Shown: positions 29,684 through 43,379 of the stretch, piece after piece
How the letters are laid out: each line of letters opens with the position of its first letter
Numbering within the stretch: the stretch's first letter is position 1
Origin: Eledone cirrhosa
Lineage: Eukaryota
Direction: 5' to 3'
Assembly: GCA_964016885.1 (NCBI GenBank)
Contig: OZ024746.1
Location: 88,598,001-88,662,000, forward strand
Length of the DNA stretch: 64,000 nucleotides
Position numbers and translations under genes: made by a program
The notes under the pieces: generated by a model
Database searches by the model: none
Told to the model about the DNA's origin: nothing
The model's input: only the letters and a program-made list of their open reading frames with translations

Positions 29684-31840
29684 CCCTTAACGGGATCTTC
29701 TGAAACTAAAGAAGTCAATCTGTGAAAGCAGAAGTAAATATTTCAAGAAATGTTGCAACCGGAGGAAGACAAGAAGACGATACTTTGGTTCGTGGGAACG
29801 TTCCCTGGCAAAGAACGGAAGAAAACAAACATAATACGTCATTATATGGTGCGGTGAAAACAATTACACGCGAAGACAAAACCACGTTTATGGTACAAAT
29901 GAAGTCGTAGACTAATATTATATTTGGTTGTTCATGGAGACGTTCTCTGGCAATGAACGGAAAAAAACGAAGATAATACTTCATTATGTGTAACGGTGAG
30001 AACAATTGCATGCAAATACAAAACCACGAAGCTCTTGCTCGGAGTGGATTTGTCGATAAAGTAGCATATACAGAGTACGAGAATAGACCTAGGAAAAATA
30101 GATCCCGAATCATTATATGGTATAACCCACCATATAATATGGAGGTCGTTAAGATATTTCTCTCCCTTATTATGAAGCATTTCCCCCAGCACATAAATAT
30201 AGTAAAATTGTTCATAGACATATCATTAAAATGTCTTACTGTACGACTCCTAACCTTGCACATCACAGCTTCTAATTTAGATAAACTAACTCAGGTGCAA
30301 CCCTGTAGCTAGTACTAAATGTAATTGTAGGAATCAGGTTGACTGCCCCCTATCCAGGAAATGCCTCTTTAGTAACGTTGTCTACAAATGTAAGGTTGAA
30401 ACACCCACGCCCCGTAGCGCCTACATAGGGTTAACCGCCAATAGATTCAAGCAGCGTCTTTACATGCATACCCATTCTTTTCTTAAACCTTTAAGAAGGA
30501 ATATGACGTCACTTTCAGCTTATATTTGGCGTGTAAAAGACAACCACACACAATATAAGTTACACTGGGATAACCTAACCGTAGCTAGATTGTATAACAG
30601 AAATAAAACACCGTGTGACTTCTGCGCCGCTGAGACCCTTGAAATAATCTACGCCAAAGACCACACCTTAAACAAAATATCTGAGGCAATTTCGTCTTGT
30701 AAACATAAATTGCACAAAACCTTCCTGTATCACAGCCCCACATTATACCCTAACAGATAGTACGAACTATACGCGGATATTTTACATCTTGATGTGGTAG
30801 CTAAGTATATGTTATGTTTATACCATTGCTTATTTGTATAGGTAAGTATATATTACCTGTCTATTTTGTGAAGGTACGTATAATTTCTCGTACGTATATT
30901 CGCTTGTATATGTTATGGCGAATACATTTTATATTCTGGTACATGTGCATTTCATTATGTGTATACGCGTGTTTTGCGTCTGTGTGGGTATGCGGGTTCG
31001 TACGTATGTAGGGTGTGCGTATATGTGTACTTTGTATTTTGGTCGACGTACGGCATCGAACACATGTGTATTCACATGCAGGTATGTGTGTGTGCGCGTT
31101 ATATACGTATTTATTTATTTATGTACGTTTATTTAATTATATGTGTACACACACATACACATATATATATATGTTTTTTTTAAATACATTTTTATGTGTA
31201 TTTGGTGTATACATTCATACGTGTGCGGGTACAGACGTTGCGTGGGTTCTGTATGTGCGTGCGGGTTTTTTTGTACGTGCTTGTATTTGTATACCTATGG
31301 CGAGCGTTCTCGCGCATGCTTGTGTTTGTACGTATATGGATACGTGTATGTATTTATTTAATTTCAATTACCTCTGTATTTTATTTACTTTACTCTGAAG
31401 CCGAGAATCATTCGGTTTCCTAGTAAGCATTTTGTCTATGACTTCAGTTATACCATTTACGTGGTCTTGTTTTTGCGTGCAATTGTTCTCCACGCTCCAC
31501 ATAATGACGTATTATCTTCCTTTTTCCGTTCATTGCCTGAGAACGTCTCTATGAACCACCTAATAGAATATTAGTCTACGGCTTCATATATACCATAAAC
31601 GTGGTTTTGTCTTTACGTGTAATTGTTTTCACCGCTCCAAGTAATGACGTATTAGCTTCGTTTTTTTCCGTTCATTGCCAGGGAACGTTTCCACGCACCA
31701 AAGTATGGTCTTCCTGTCTTTCTCCGGTTGCAACATTTTTTGAAATATTTACTTCTGTGTTCACAGATTGACTTTTCCAGTTTCAGAAGATCCCGTTAAG
31801 GGTGAAACTTTGCTTAAACTTTGATCTGTTATTTTAATTA
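29684..31840 (+). mobile_element. 5'-truncated Naiad-type PLE (family A) with inverted 5' copy of its tail
   Basis: RKNRSRIIIWYNPPY; CNCRNQVDCPLSRKCLFSNVVYKCKV..AYIGLTANRFKQRLYMH..SLSAYIWRVK..CDFCAAE..LNKISEAISSCKH. 29684-30028 is the reverse complement of 31460-31803. HHR-like motif at 31779-31820. Confidence 0.9.
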
Positions 31841-31917
31841 ATATATATATATATAAATAGGCTGTGACATAAATGGGTCTGAGAGAGAGGGAGAGGGAAA
31901 TATAGACAGAGAGATAT

Positions 31918-32006
<89 letters not shown>

Positions 32007-32304
32007 TGAGAGAGAGAAATAAAGAGGGAGAAATATATCTCATGGGGTATTAGTTGCATTTGAAATTTTGAAACAGGAATGGGCACATGTAAAGTTTACA
32101 GTTGTAAATAAGGTCTAAGATACACATGTGTATCTACCGTGGTTAATGTTTTACAGTCAAATTGTGTGAGCTATTGCTAGTTAAGCAGCATCAGCATCGT
32201 TTTTCTTTTTTATTTACATCACTGGTAGTTGAGAAAATGACATTAAAATTCCAAATCGATAGATAAATCTCTCCTCGAACGTCTACTGATTTGCTGGATT
32301 ATTA

Positions 32305-33075
32305 ATAATTGTTTCTACTTTTGCCACAAGTCCAGCAATTATCCCAGTGTATTACTGGTACTTTATTTCATCGACCCCGTAAGGATGAAAGGCAAAGTTA
32401 ACCTGCGCGGGATTTGACCTCAGAATGGCAAGGGCCGTAACTCTATGCGTCAAAATATCGCCTCTGACCCTCTACCGATACTGCCAATCCACCGCGGATT
32501 ATTAATAATTGTTTCTACTTTTTGGAACATGGCCAGCAATACCCAGTGCATTACTGGTACTTTATTTTATCGACCCCGTAAGGATGAAAGGCAAAGTTAA
32601 CCTTGGCTGGATTTGAACTCAGAACGGCAAGGGCCGTAACTCTTTACTTGGCGTCCGACCGTCTACCGATACTGCGAATCCACTGCACTGCGGATTATTA
32701 TTAATTGTCTCTACTTGTTGGCACAAGGCCAGCAATTACACAGTGCATTACTGGTACTTTATTTTATCGACCCAATAAGGATGAAAGGCAAAGTTAACCT
32801 CGGCGGGATTTGAACTCAGAATGGCAAGGGAGGTAACTACGCTGGAAAGCATGTGTGACTCTCTACCGGTACTGCCAATTCACCATTAATAATTATTTCT
32901 ACTTTAGGCACAAGGCCAGCAAATACGCAGTGCATTACTGGTACTTTATTTTATCAACCCCGTAAGGATGAAAGGCAAAGTCAACATCGGCGGGATTTGA
33001 ACTCAGATCGTAAAGGGACGTAACTATGTTGGAAAACATGGCGTCAGACTCTCTACCGATACTGCCAATCCACCG
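32305..33075 (-). mobile_element. Four head-to-tail full-length SINE copies
   Basis: Units begin near 32305, 32505, 32702 and 32890, separated by short ATTA(T)TAAT linkers. Confidence 0.92.
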
Positions 33076-33509
33076 ACCATTAATAATGGATGATAGAAAG
33101 TTCGACGAATATCAGAAACATATGTAGCGTGCAGAGTACATGCTCTCTATAAACATATATCTATAAAACTTTAGTCTCTTACAATTGGGTCTATTGAATA
33201 CTTTCCAGAGAATGACCTAAAATGAAAATAACATTTGAAAGGTCATCAATTGTTTATATTCACTATTTGATGAACAAAGACTGGTATATCTATTCCGAAG
33301 GTTTATCATAATCTTGCTGCAGGCTGTGAAACGATCCATAGACCATTGTGCATGCACACACACACAAGCACACACACACACATACACACACACACACATA
33401 CACACAAACGCAAACAGCCACGCGTACACAAACTTTAACTCACATATACACATAAAATATATGTATCATGTATACATGAGTATATATATGTAAATATATA
33501 TTATACACT

Positions 33510-33584
<75 letters not shown>

Positions 33585-33699
33585 TATTTTCCGTTGTGTT
33601 GTAATATAGAAACACGTGTCAATAAATTCCTTTCAACTAAACTGTATCCATTCAAATCTTTCTATATATATATATATATATATATATCATATACATACA

Positions 33700-33764
<65 letters not shown>

Positions 33765-33766
<2 letters not shown>

Positions 33767-34085
33767 TAATAAATACAATGAAATAAAAACAAAGAATAAG
33801 TTATATTCAAAAATTCATCATGTTACGATCGTTTCTAGGATTATATATGTGTTTGTATGTATATCATATAGATCTATGTAAACATATTACAAATTATCAT
33901 TTCTGAAGACACCATTTATATGGGAAGGTATGTATATTTCCTCTGATAATTTGTAATAATTTTACATAGATCTATATGATATACATACCAACACACATAT
34001 ACATCGTAGAAACGATCGTAAAATGATGAATTTGTTAATATAAGGAACTTGTTCTGTTTTTATTTCATTTTTTTTTTATTAATTC
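33765..34085. repeat. Palindromic element (arms ~33765-33899 and ~33945-34085) with a giant-stem-II HHR
   Basis: TACGATCGTTTCTA..CATATAGATCTATGTAAA..TTACAAATTATCA mirrored on the right; (TA)n tracts on both sides. Confidence 0.8.
33896..34027 (+). ncRNA. Type I hammerhead ribozyme, ~100-nt stem II
   Basis: atcattt-CTGAAGA-[..ggtatgtatat..atatacatacc..]-GAAA-cgatcg-TA-aaatgat; 7-bp stem I. Confidence 0.8.
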
Positions 34086-34169
34086 ATCTTGACTCTGTTT
34101 TCCTATGATTTTCATCGAACATTTTTGAATGCATCTTCACTTTTCATGATATTTGGATTACATTGAGTT

Positions 34170-34214
<45 letters not shown>

Positions 34215-34654
34215 AATATACATTTTCATTTTCTTTAGTTTATTATTAGTAATCTGTGACAAAAATGTTCTTTTTATTACCCCCAATAGGTTTCATCGAT
34301 TATATTTTATAATATATTATCTTTCTTCTTCTTGCCTTTTTTTTTCTTTCTTACATTTTTTCCATCTCATGAGACTTCGGTTGATATGAGAAAGCACAAA
34401 AGCTTCTTATAGTCGTCATATAATATTGTTATGGTTTGATAGCCATAAGATTCTATTTTTCCTGGTAGTTTACACCATTGGCAGCGACTCTGCTTGTCGC
34501 ACATGTTGTGACGCCGGGTGAACCTGCAGTACCATCGGTAGGGGTCGAGTTGACCAGAGACCATCACGTCGTTTGAAGACATTGATTGCGTGTATTTTGT
34601 TTGTATTATCATTTGTTAAGGTTTCGTCCTCTAAAGAGTTAATCTAAAGAGTTA

Positions 34655-37600
34655 TTGACCCGTTGGGTCATGTTCACTTAAAAATAATTTTTAAATAATT
34701 AAAATATACACAAAATGTATATAATGTAAAATGACATTGGAAAACCAATATATATATATACGTGTATGTGTGTGTGTATATGTACGTATATATATATATA
34801 TATGTTTGTGTGGGTGGGTGTCTGTGGCATATATACACTGGTTACAGACACACACACACATACATCCTGCCCTAATACAAGTTATAGATACATATAACTT
34901 AATATTCACTCACTAAATTCAAGCTAGATACATTAATACTGTATTCATCTCTTTGAATGTCAACAGTCATAATTTCATTCAACAACACCACCAGCTCTCT
35001 CCCTCTCTCTCCCTCTCACAACCACTATCTGCGTTTGTATTCACATTGCAATGGTACCTTACTTTCAAAGAATTTTCCCATTATGCGCTGATTTGGTTAT
35101 TTATAAGGGTACCGAAAAAAACGCGTATCTCGGGATCCCGTGGTCCGATTTACGCGAAACGTGTCTTTTCACTGTATTATTCACAAGTATTTTCACAAAG
35201 AAAATATCAAATCATTTTTCCCTAATAACTATCCAATCACTCCACTTCAAAATTCTTTTTTCTATATCTCTATGGATGCTTTACTGTTTGTTCTGAAAGA
35301 TTTTTCTGATTAAAAAGTTGCAATGTTAATATAAAGCTGGTTTTATTTACAAAAATTTGATATAAATTATTCTTACTTGTCTTAGTTTTTCCTTTTCCTT
35401 ACATTTTCTGACGTCGGAATCAACATTTTCTCATATTTACGCTGTCACAATTTGTTCAAAAGAATGCTTTTGATGACAACATTCTTAGTTGACTGGGTAT
35501 CCTTCAGAAACACTCTGACATTTTCTTTTCGTTTTCCGCGGCTAAGGGCTAAATATAGTTGACCGTGTTGGAATTCAGGTCGTTCCAGATAAACCAATAC
35601 ATTTTCCATAGTTTGTCCTTGAGCTTTATGAATAGTCCTAGCAAAGCACGATTGAAATTGGGAATTGGCTTCGCCACAAAGGGATATCCTCACCTTCAGA
35701 TATATTAATTCTTATTCTAGGTATCATAACGATTTCATTTCTGAAAGCAGCAGTGTTGATTCTTGCTACTATGAGATTGTCGTGCAGTTCTTCCACGATC
35801 ATGCGCGTTCCATTACAAAGCCTTGGAGGATTCAAGTTTCCCATAAGCATTATTGGCGATCCTTTTTTCAATTCCAGGTTATGTGGTGGCAGTCCTGATA
35901 GTTCAACCGAATCAAGGAATTCAGTTGGGAAATGAGTGGCATTGGCACCATTACTCACAGAATTATAGAATCTGTACTCTTTTATGGTTCCAGTGAAGGG
36001 TCTGTGCAGGTGGAATTGATGCTACTCATCATTTCATTGAGAAGTACTAAGATGCAATTGTTCGAAAACACTTCAGCTGGATTGTCGAATGAGGGGTAGA
36101 TGAAATTAATACATTATTCCGTAGTTGTTGCTTGGAGAAACATTTCTTTTGGCAAAATAATTTATTCATTTTCAGTTTTTTTATTTTATCTTCTCCAATA
36201 TCCAATAGGAACTGAATTTTTTTGAAGCTTTGCCATAAGTAGGATGTTTTAACGCAGGCGTTTTCCGCGTCCGCTTCATTTCCCCTTTTCACTACCGGAA
36301 GAAGGTGACGAAAATCTCCACAGCAAATTGTCAAAATTCCACCGAATGCCTCATTGTTGTCGCATATGTCACGCAGAGTGAAGTCAACAGCTTCGAAGCT
36401 TTCCCTCCGAATGATAGGAGACTCATCACAAACAATCAGCCTTGTATGTTGGAAGAGATTTGCCGTCTTTGAGTTTTTTATCAATGTTGCACAGACCATT
36501 TTCTTTCACTACTATCGGTATTTTGAACCTAGAATGCGCTGTTCTTCCACCAGCCATCAGTGTTGCGGCAATGCCAGATGACGCAACAGCAATAGCCACG
36601 TCACCGTTTCCCCTGTCTTTCCTGTTCCACCTGGAGCGTCAATGAAAATCAATGCAGATGTGTTCGTCTCTAAACTGTTACAAACGAAGTCATACACGTG
36701 TTTTTGTTCACTATTCAATAGAGACTCCGATTTTTCTACAAATCGTCGCTGCTCTTCTCTGGTGTATTGCAATTGATGCAAAACTCAAAATTGCCAATAT
36801 CCTGATTAGCAACAATATTATTTGGCCTTGGCAAGTTAAAGTCACTAAGACTTTTGCCCAGGTTGTTAAGTTTGTCTTCAAAATACAGAAGACATTGATC
36901 ATAATGTCTGTCGCTAATCAAAAGGTTAGAGTTTCTGGTATCCCTTTTTTTCTATTTGAAGGTAATCCTCAGACAGCGGCTGCTTAACTGCTTAAATCGA
37001 ACACATAAAGCACTGGAATTGTTAATTTCCGTATTTGTGAGGAGCACGATGTATAGATCTCCCATGGTTTTGAGAAGCCTTGTTCATTCAGCATCTTCCA
37101 GAGTCTGTTGCCAATGATCATCCGATTGAATGTGGAAGAGAGTATGATTCGCCTGCCAATATTGCCAAAATCGTCATCATTATTCAATGCGACAGTAAGG
37201 CCCTTGTATATTGTAGATCGCAATGGTGTTTGATTCATTCGGATGTATTGCAGTCTATCTCCTTCAATTTTCGCAGCCATGTCAACCAAATATTGCTGAA
37301 ATAAACGACCGCCTCTGAGAAGTTTGTTGAATTAATTCTTTTGGTTCATTATTCGATAGGCATAGTAGATCATTGGCGTCAACTTCTTGTTGGTGTTCAT
37401 TAACAGCTGATGATGCCATCCGTCATCGCCAAAAGGAAAAAATAGAACATACTGCAAACCGTCATAGGACCGATGGGACTCTGAGATTATTTGCAATTGT
37501 CCGCCTTTTTCTTTCAACACAATGTGCCGTGCTTTTGCTTGAAGTTCGTTGCTGTTTTGTATAATAACGGCAATTTCATTCGCAGTTTGTGCATTGATTC

Positions 37601-39797
37601 TTCTCTCAAGTTCCATTGCTGGTCTCCTATCAGCATCAATAATAATCGAAGCTTCGGGAATATTTTTAATTTGTTCTTTTGCCATACGAAATGAAGCAAC
37701 GTAAGGGTTATATTATCTGAGTATTATTTCCAATAATTCAACTATGTCGCGCTGAATGCCATCGTCATGAAGTATCCTGATCCTCAAATCAACACTATCC
37801 TGAGGATCCAAGAAGTAAATTTGAAGAAATTGGGGTTGTTCGTTGGGATTAGGGGGTAAGGAACCGATGTAATGGTGAATTTGACCATGAATAACGATAG
37901 AAGGATTCTATCCACTCCTTGAGGAACGAACTTCTTCGGCGCCAAAAGATGTCATTTGGAACAGGCAGTTATATTGCCTGAGGTTCTTCCTGGACTCGTT
38001 TGCCCTAGGTTGATCAGTACTAAATAAACTGTGAAGTTCCTGGGGTAAAGGCTGCAGATTCCCCAACCTGACTTTTTCATTCATACAGCAAAGGTTAGGA
38101 GTTTCACCATGAAAAAGCATTGCATCACAACATATACAGATCCTATTCATCTGCCAACATCAGCAGAGAGGTGACGTCGTTGAACTGTCCTTGCTCTATC
38201 CCTAATGGTTTGCTGGCAAAGACCATCCGATTCAATTATCTCTCCTTCTTCTGTCTCTTTCCTTCTGTTCCGCCAGACGCTCAGCTCTCCGACCATCCGA
38301 TTCATAATCTCTTACCTGATTCTGTCTCTTTCCCTCTGTTCCGCTAGACGCGCAGCCCTTGCTTTATCCGTCTCATCGATCCTTCTATTCGCATGCCTGT
38401 CCTGATCTTGTTGGCGTTGACAAAATATCTTGCTCACCTTCTTCGGCTCTCCTTAGACGTGCTTTCTTTCCACTTTAGATAGACCAACGAGATGTTTTCT
38501 TTCTTCCTCGTCGAGGAATTATTAAAGAATAGAAAATCGTATTCACCTTAGAAAAAAATCCTATTACCTCAACAAATATATTTTAAAAATCATCATTGAG
38601 AAATATTTCTAAATACTGAAAATATTGTCTGTTTAAACGACTCGTATTTTTCAAATCATATTCACTTAAAAAATACTTATTAATAATTAAAATATTCTGT
38701 TTAAAGAAAACTGAAATATATATACTCAGTGAACAAATAATTTGTATTTTTTAAGTCATTTTCACTTAAGAATATTGTTTAAATATGCCAAGAAATATGT
38801 TTTCCATCGTATTCACTTGAAAATAATTTTTTAAAAATGAAGATATTTTCTATGTAAATAAAGCTATTTGTGAAATCAAATTCAATTTAAAATATTTCTA
38901 AATAATTGAAATATTCTTTTTAACAAAAGCAAAAATATAAACACCTACTGTTTAACACCAACTGGTATTTTTCAGTGTAACTCACTTAATGCTTTTCTGA
39001 TGATTAAAATATCGTCTGTTTAAAGAAAGCTCGAATATAGATACTTGAAGTACAAACAACTTGTAGTTTTGAAATCATATTCACTGAGAAATCATTGAAA
39101 CATTTTTTTAAAATCATTATTAAACTATATTCTTAATTCGAGAAATATTTTCATGTCGATATACGTGATACTTCTTTTATCCCCATTTCAGGGTTATATC
39201 ACTTAGAGGGCTATTTTTCCATTATGTACCGTTTTGGCTATTTACGAAGGTATCCTACACACAGACAGACATATATATATATATATATGTCTCTAACTTA
39301 AGTACTGTTACATACACATACACATGTCTCTAAGTACGTAAACACATGCACTGGCACACATACACATCCATTTACACACGGTGGCAGTATAACTGTGAAA
39401 GAGAGAGAAAGAAATATCGTTATGGATAGGGGCGAAGGTTAAAATAAATAAAAGTTAAGGACGATGTCTCTTTCCCTATCTGTCATCCCCGCCTTTCTCT
39501 CTCGTCCCCTCACTCTCTCTATTTCTCTCTCTCACCCTCACTCTCTCTTTCTATCTCTCACCCCTCTCTGACTCTCTTACCTACAGAATGGACAACCAAA
39601 AAACAAACGGATTATTATGCAATGTTTTGGCTATTTACGAATCTCAGGAAGCCGAGGTCAGATTTTCGCAAAACTTGTTTTATTCAATTTGTATTCCCAT
39701 TACAGAGGCAAATTGCTTTCAATGTATTTAGCCATTATGCGCCATTTTGACTGTATTACATAACGGACAAGCGAGCACTCAAGATCAGAGTTTTAGT

Positions 39798-39798
<1 letters not shown>
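34655..39798 (-). mobile_element. Helitron (Rep N-terminus plus Pif1 helicase), degenerate and internally deleted
   Basis: MNRICICCDAMLFHGE..CC; RQYNCLFQMTSFG; HRSYDGLQYVLFFPFGDDGWH; GGRLFQQYLVDMAAKIEGDRLQY; IFIDAPGGTGKT; GRTAHSRFKIP; FGG....CGDFRHLLPV; LCNGTRM; TIHKAQGQT; HGQLYLALSR. Confidence 0.95.
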
Positions 39799-39840
<42 letters not shown>

Positions 39841-39873
39841 TATTTGAATCAAAGTTCAGTTTAAATCATTTAT

Positions 39874-39922
39874 TTGCTTACAATTGTTTCCTCCAAATCG
39901 ATGTTTGGATTCTTCGGAGCAA
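39874..39922 (-). ncRNA. Type I hammerhead motif with CCGAAGA core
   Basis: ttgct-CCGAAGA-atccaaacatcgatttggag-GAAA-caattg-TA-agcaa, ~40 nt from a (TA)n tract. Confidence 0.75.
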
Positions 39923-40365
39923 CTATTTAGTGATTTTTACATACTTGACCTCCTTTTCAACACAAGAGTCATACAAAAACACATGTATATATTGACCCAC
40001 ATGTATATATTGACCCATATCATTTCTATATAACTGCTTTGTAAAACAACTGATGTTATTACATTGAGCTATTTATCTTACTGGTAATAAGATAGTAATG
40101 AATTACTTTCTTTCACTATTTAGAGTTTAAAATATATATAACTATAAAAGGTTTTATTATATACATAACCATAAATAGTATCCTTAATACTATATATATA
40201 TATATATATGTATGTATATATATGTGTGCGTGTGTGTGTGTATGTGTGCGGGTGTGTATGTGTGTGTTTGCGTATGTGTGCGTGTTTGTATTTATGTGCC
40301 TATGTGTGTACGTGTGCATGGTACCTATATATATACACCCATGCATACTTACATATATATATATA

Positions 40366-41345
40366 CTAGCATTAAAGCCCGGCGTTGTTCGGGGTCAGTA
40401 AGTTACGAAAGTTAGGTTGCATCACCCATTTTATGGCACCACTTTTTGTCTGCCAGGCACTGGGTGAATGAATCGCAGACCTGGTCTGCCGAAGCAGGAG
40501 CTGCGCCAGCAGTGACAATTGTAGTTTCTCTATGCATTGTAGTATCTCCGTGCAAAAAAGTGTTGAAATATATTGTTTCACAGTACTTGCGCAACAGGCG
40601 CGTAGACGATGCCAGCCGAATAACAGAGCTGCGATGTAGTTGTTCTGCATGGTTGTCTAATGTGTGTTTACTAAATTTAAGACAGTAGGGAGGGGTGTGA
40701 TATGGGGGAGTGTTAGCTGCTGTTTCTAGCAGGTTTAGTGACCTCATAGAGGATATGTTTTCTAAATTTAAGACAGTAGGGAGTGGTGTGATATGGGGGA
40801 GAAATAGCTGATGTTTCTAGCAGGTTTAGTGACCTCATAGAGGATATTATTGTGTATAGTAATGAACTGATACTTCTTTCTTCAACGTTCGTTGATAGAT
40901 GTTTTAAAAAAGATTTATCGCTATTTATTTTGTTGTTGAATACATTTATCTGTTGCTTTTGAATAAATGTTGTTTCGTATTAAATGTAATTAGTTCTCTT
41001 TGTCATTGAAGTAAATAAATATTTGACCGTTCCACACTCAAACACACACGTTCTCTCTCTCTCTCTCTCTCCCTCTCACGTTCACTCTCTCTCTCTTAAA
41101 GTTTAAGGGGAGTAGAGAGAGGTAATCAGATTCTATTAGAGGGCTAAAGCGTCATGTATTTAGTTTTATCGATTATTTTCTTAATTGTGGGTGAGTGTGA
41201 ATGAAATAAATAGTCATTAACCTACGATCGAATATTTACAACATTCTTACAGACTTTTGCGTCGAATCGGTTTGAAATTGTGCAAATGTATAAACATGGA
41301 ACATGCACACACACACACACAACAACAACAATCTACCTTTTATAA
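40366..41345 (-). mobile_element. Non-autonomous Helitron
   Basis: Minus 3' end CCCCGAACAACGCCGGG hairpin + CTAG|T; AT-rich and (GT)n 5' end; internal ~90-bp direct repeat at 40670-40847. Confidence 0.65.
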
Positions 41346-41676
41346 ATAATTATATATATATATATATGTATATATATATACAGAGAAGTTTTAGAGAGGA
41401 AGCTATTTGAGATTTGATGCTAACATATTTACTATCACTGGAAAATTGCACATCAAGCGTGAAACGTGCATTCTCTGAGGAATAAACATCGAGAATGCAT
41501 AAGCAGCTGCCCAAAGATGCTATCACGCTATTCTATTAAGCATTCTGTGTCGGGGAATTTTTACACAATCCGTAATAAAAAGTATACACTGAATAAATAC
41601 TATACAAATTTACAACGATGTGGAAGGCATACTAAGACATACTTTAATAGAATGTTCCCGTGAACACTATGATAAA

Positions 41677-41862
41677 AATTATTGTTTAAACTTTTGTCAC
41701 ACGGCCAACAATTATCCCAGTCTATTACAGGTCTCCATTTTATCGACCCCTTAAGGATGAAAGGCAAAGTAACCTTGCATGATTTGAACTAAGAACGTAA
41801 GGGGCCTTCACTCTTTGCAGCAAATCATGGCGTCCGACCTTCCAGCGATAATGCCAATCCAC
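41677..41862 (-). mobile_element. Diverged SINE (main family)
   Basis: TTTTATCGACCCCTTAAGGATGAAAGGCAAAGT..TGCCAATCCAC. Confidence 0.8.
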
Positions 41863-42842
41863 TAAGAATAATCATAATAGATGAGACTAAGTGATACGAT
41901 GTCAGTTATACCATTAGATTTGGAGAATGTGATTAGTACGGCACAGGAATGTGTTTCTCAATGCCCCAGTGGAATGCGGGATTTGCAGAACCAGTAAGAA
42001 ATAACTCTAAATACAAAAGTAAAACCAAAGTGATTTATTAGAATTTAGCATGTTGTAAAGCCACATATGTACATGTACACATATACCTTGAAATATACAG
42101 ATCCCCGCATGAAATATCATCCATAGCTTCGCACTTACACATATAGACAATCATATATAATTACTCGATTGATGTTATCTGAATTCAAGCAAAATATTTG
42201 TGTCTCCGTGTTAGGATTTGTTTATATCTCTGTAATAAAAACAACTAAAGCCAGAGGTCTATACATAAATAAATACATACCTACATATACAAATGTATTC
42301 ACATATACATGCATGCATGCATATATATATGTGCGTAACACATACATATATACACACAGCCTCCCTTCCTATATATATGGAAAGATGCGTATATAAACAC
42401 GTACACAAAGAAACATTTAATCGCATACAGTCATGCCCACAATCTTAGAACCACATCACCACGTTATATATATATATAAGGTAGATATTTATCTACTAAT
42501 GCCGGACGAAAGAGCGTCGTAAATTAATTACTAAAATAGATTTATGTTTTTCTAAAACGTCTAATTTGACAGATTTAGCGTAGCCTAGTTGCCAAGAAAC
42601 TCAATAAATGTTGATTCGTACATGAAAGCACTTACTGTGCTGGCTGTTTTTTTTTCAGATCATGGAGTTTTTTTTTAGCATTTGTTTGTTCGTAAATCAC
42701 AAGTACAGTAATGAAAGTAAAATCATGCTGGAAAATAGGTTGTTAAGTCCATCACTTCTATTCGATGTAAGCTATATTTCCTGTAAACATTTGTCTAATT
42801 GTGCTCTTTTTCATTCATTATATTCTGCTTGGCTATTTGTTT

Positions 42843-42942
42843 ATATGTAGGTTTTATAAATATATATAAGCGTTAAACCAATATATACTTATATATATGT
42901 ATATATTGGTTTTTACGCTTATATATATTTATAAAACCTACA
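42843..42942. repeat. ~100-bp palindrome
   Basis: ATGTAGGTTTTATAAATATATATAAGCGT..CCAATATATAC mirrored by GTATATATTGG..ACGCTTATATATATTTATAAAACCTACAT. Confidence 0.85.
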
Positions 42943-42994
42943 TACATATATAAGCAGATTGTTTTGTTATTTCTGTTTACCTTTTACACACATA

Positions 42995-43365
42995 TACGAG
43001 ATGTGTTAGAAAAGTTCCAGGACTGATGTCACAAAAGATTTATTTCAAACCCAAACTTCACACTAAGAGTTTTCTCCTTCAAAGTATTCCACCTGGAGTG
43101 TGTAACTGTAATCTTAGCTCTCTGCAGCGATCAAACTGTTTTCTTCATAATTTTATATACATGTCCTCTGTTTCAGGTCGTCAAACAATGAGCACAGAGC
43201 AACGAACACACTTGAAGTTTCTGGTACAGTTGGGGAAAACTCCGTCAGAGATTAGACGATGCCACGCTCGCGTGTTTTTGAGTGGTGCAAGTGGTTTAAA
43301 GAAGGACGCGAGGACGTTGATGATGACCCCATGAGCAGAAGGCACTCAACAACCAGGACTGGATA
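42995..43365 (+). mobile_element. Mariner 5' fragment (TIR plus N-terminal HTH)
   Basis: TA-CGAGATGTGTTAGAAAAGTTCCAGGACT terminus; EQRTHLKFLVQLGKTPSE..RSRVFEWCKWFKEGREDVDDDP.SRR.ST. Confidence 0.85.
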
Positions 43366-43379
43366 AGTTCAATTAAAAG

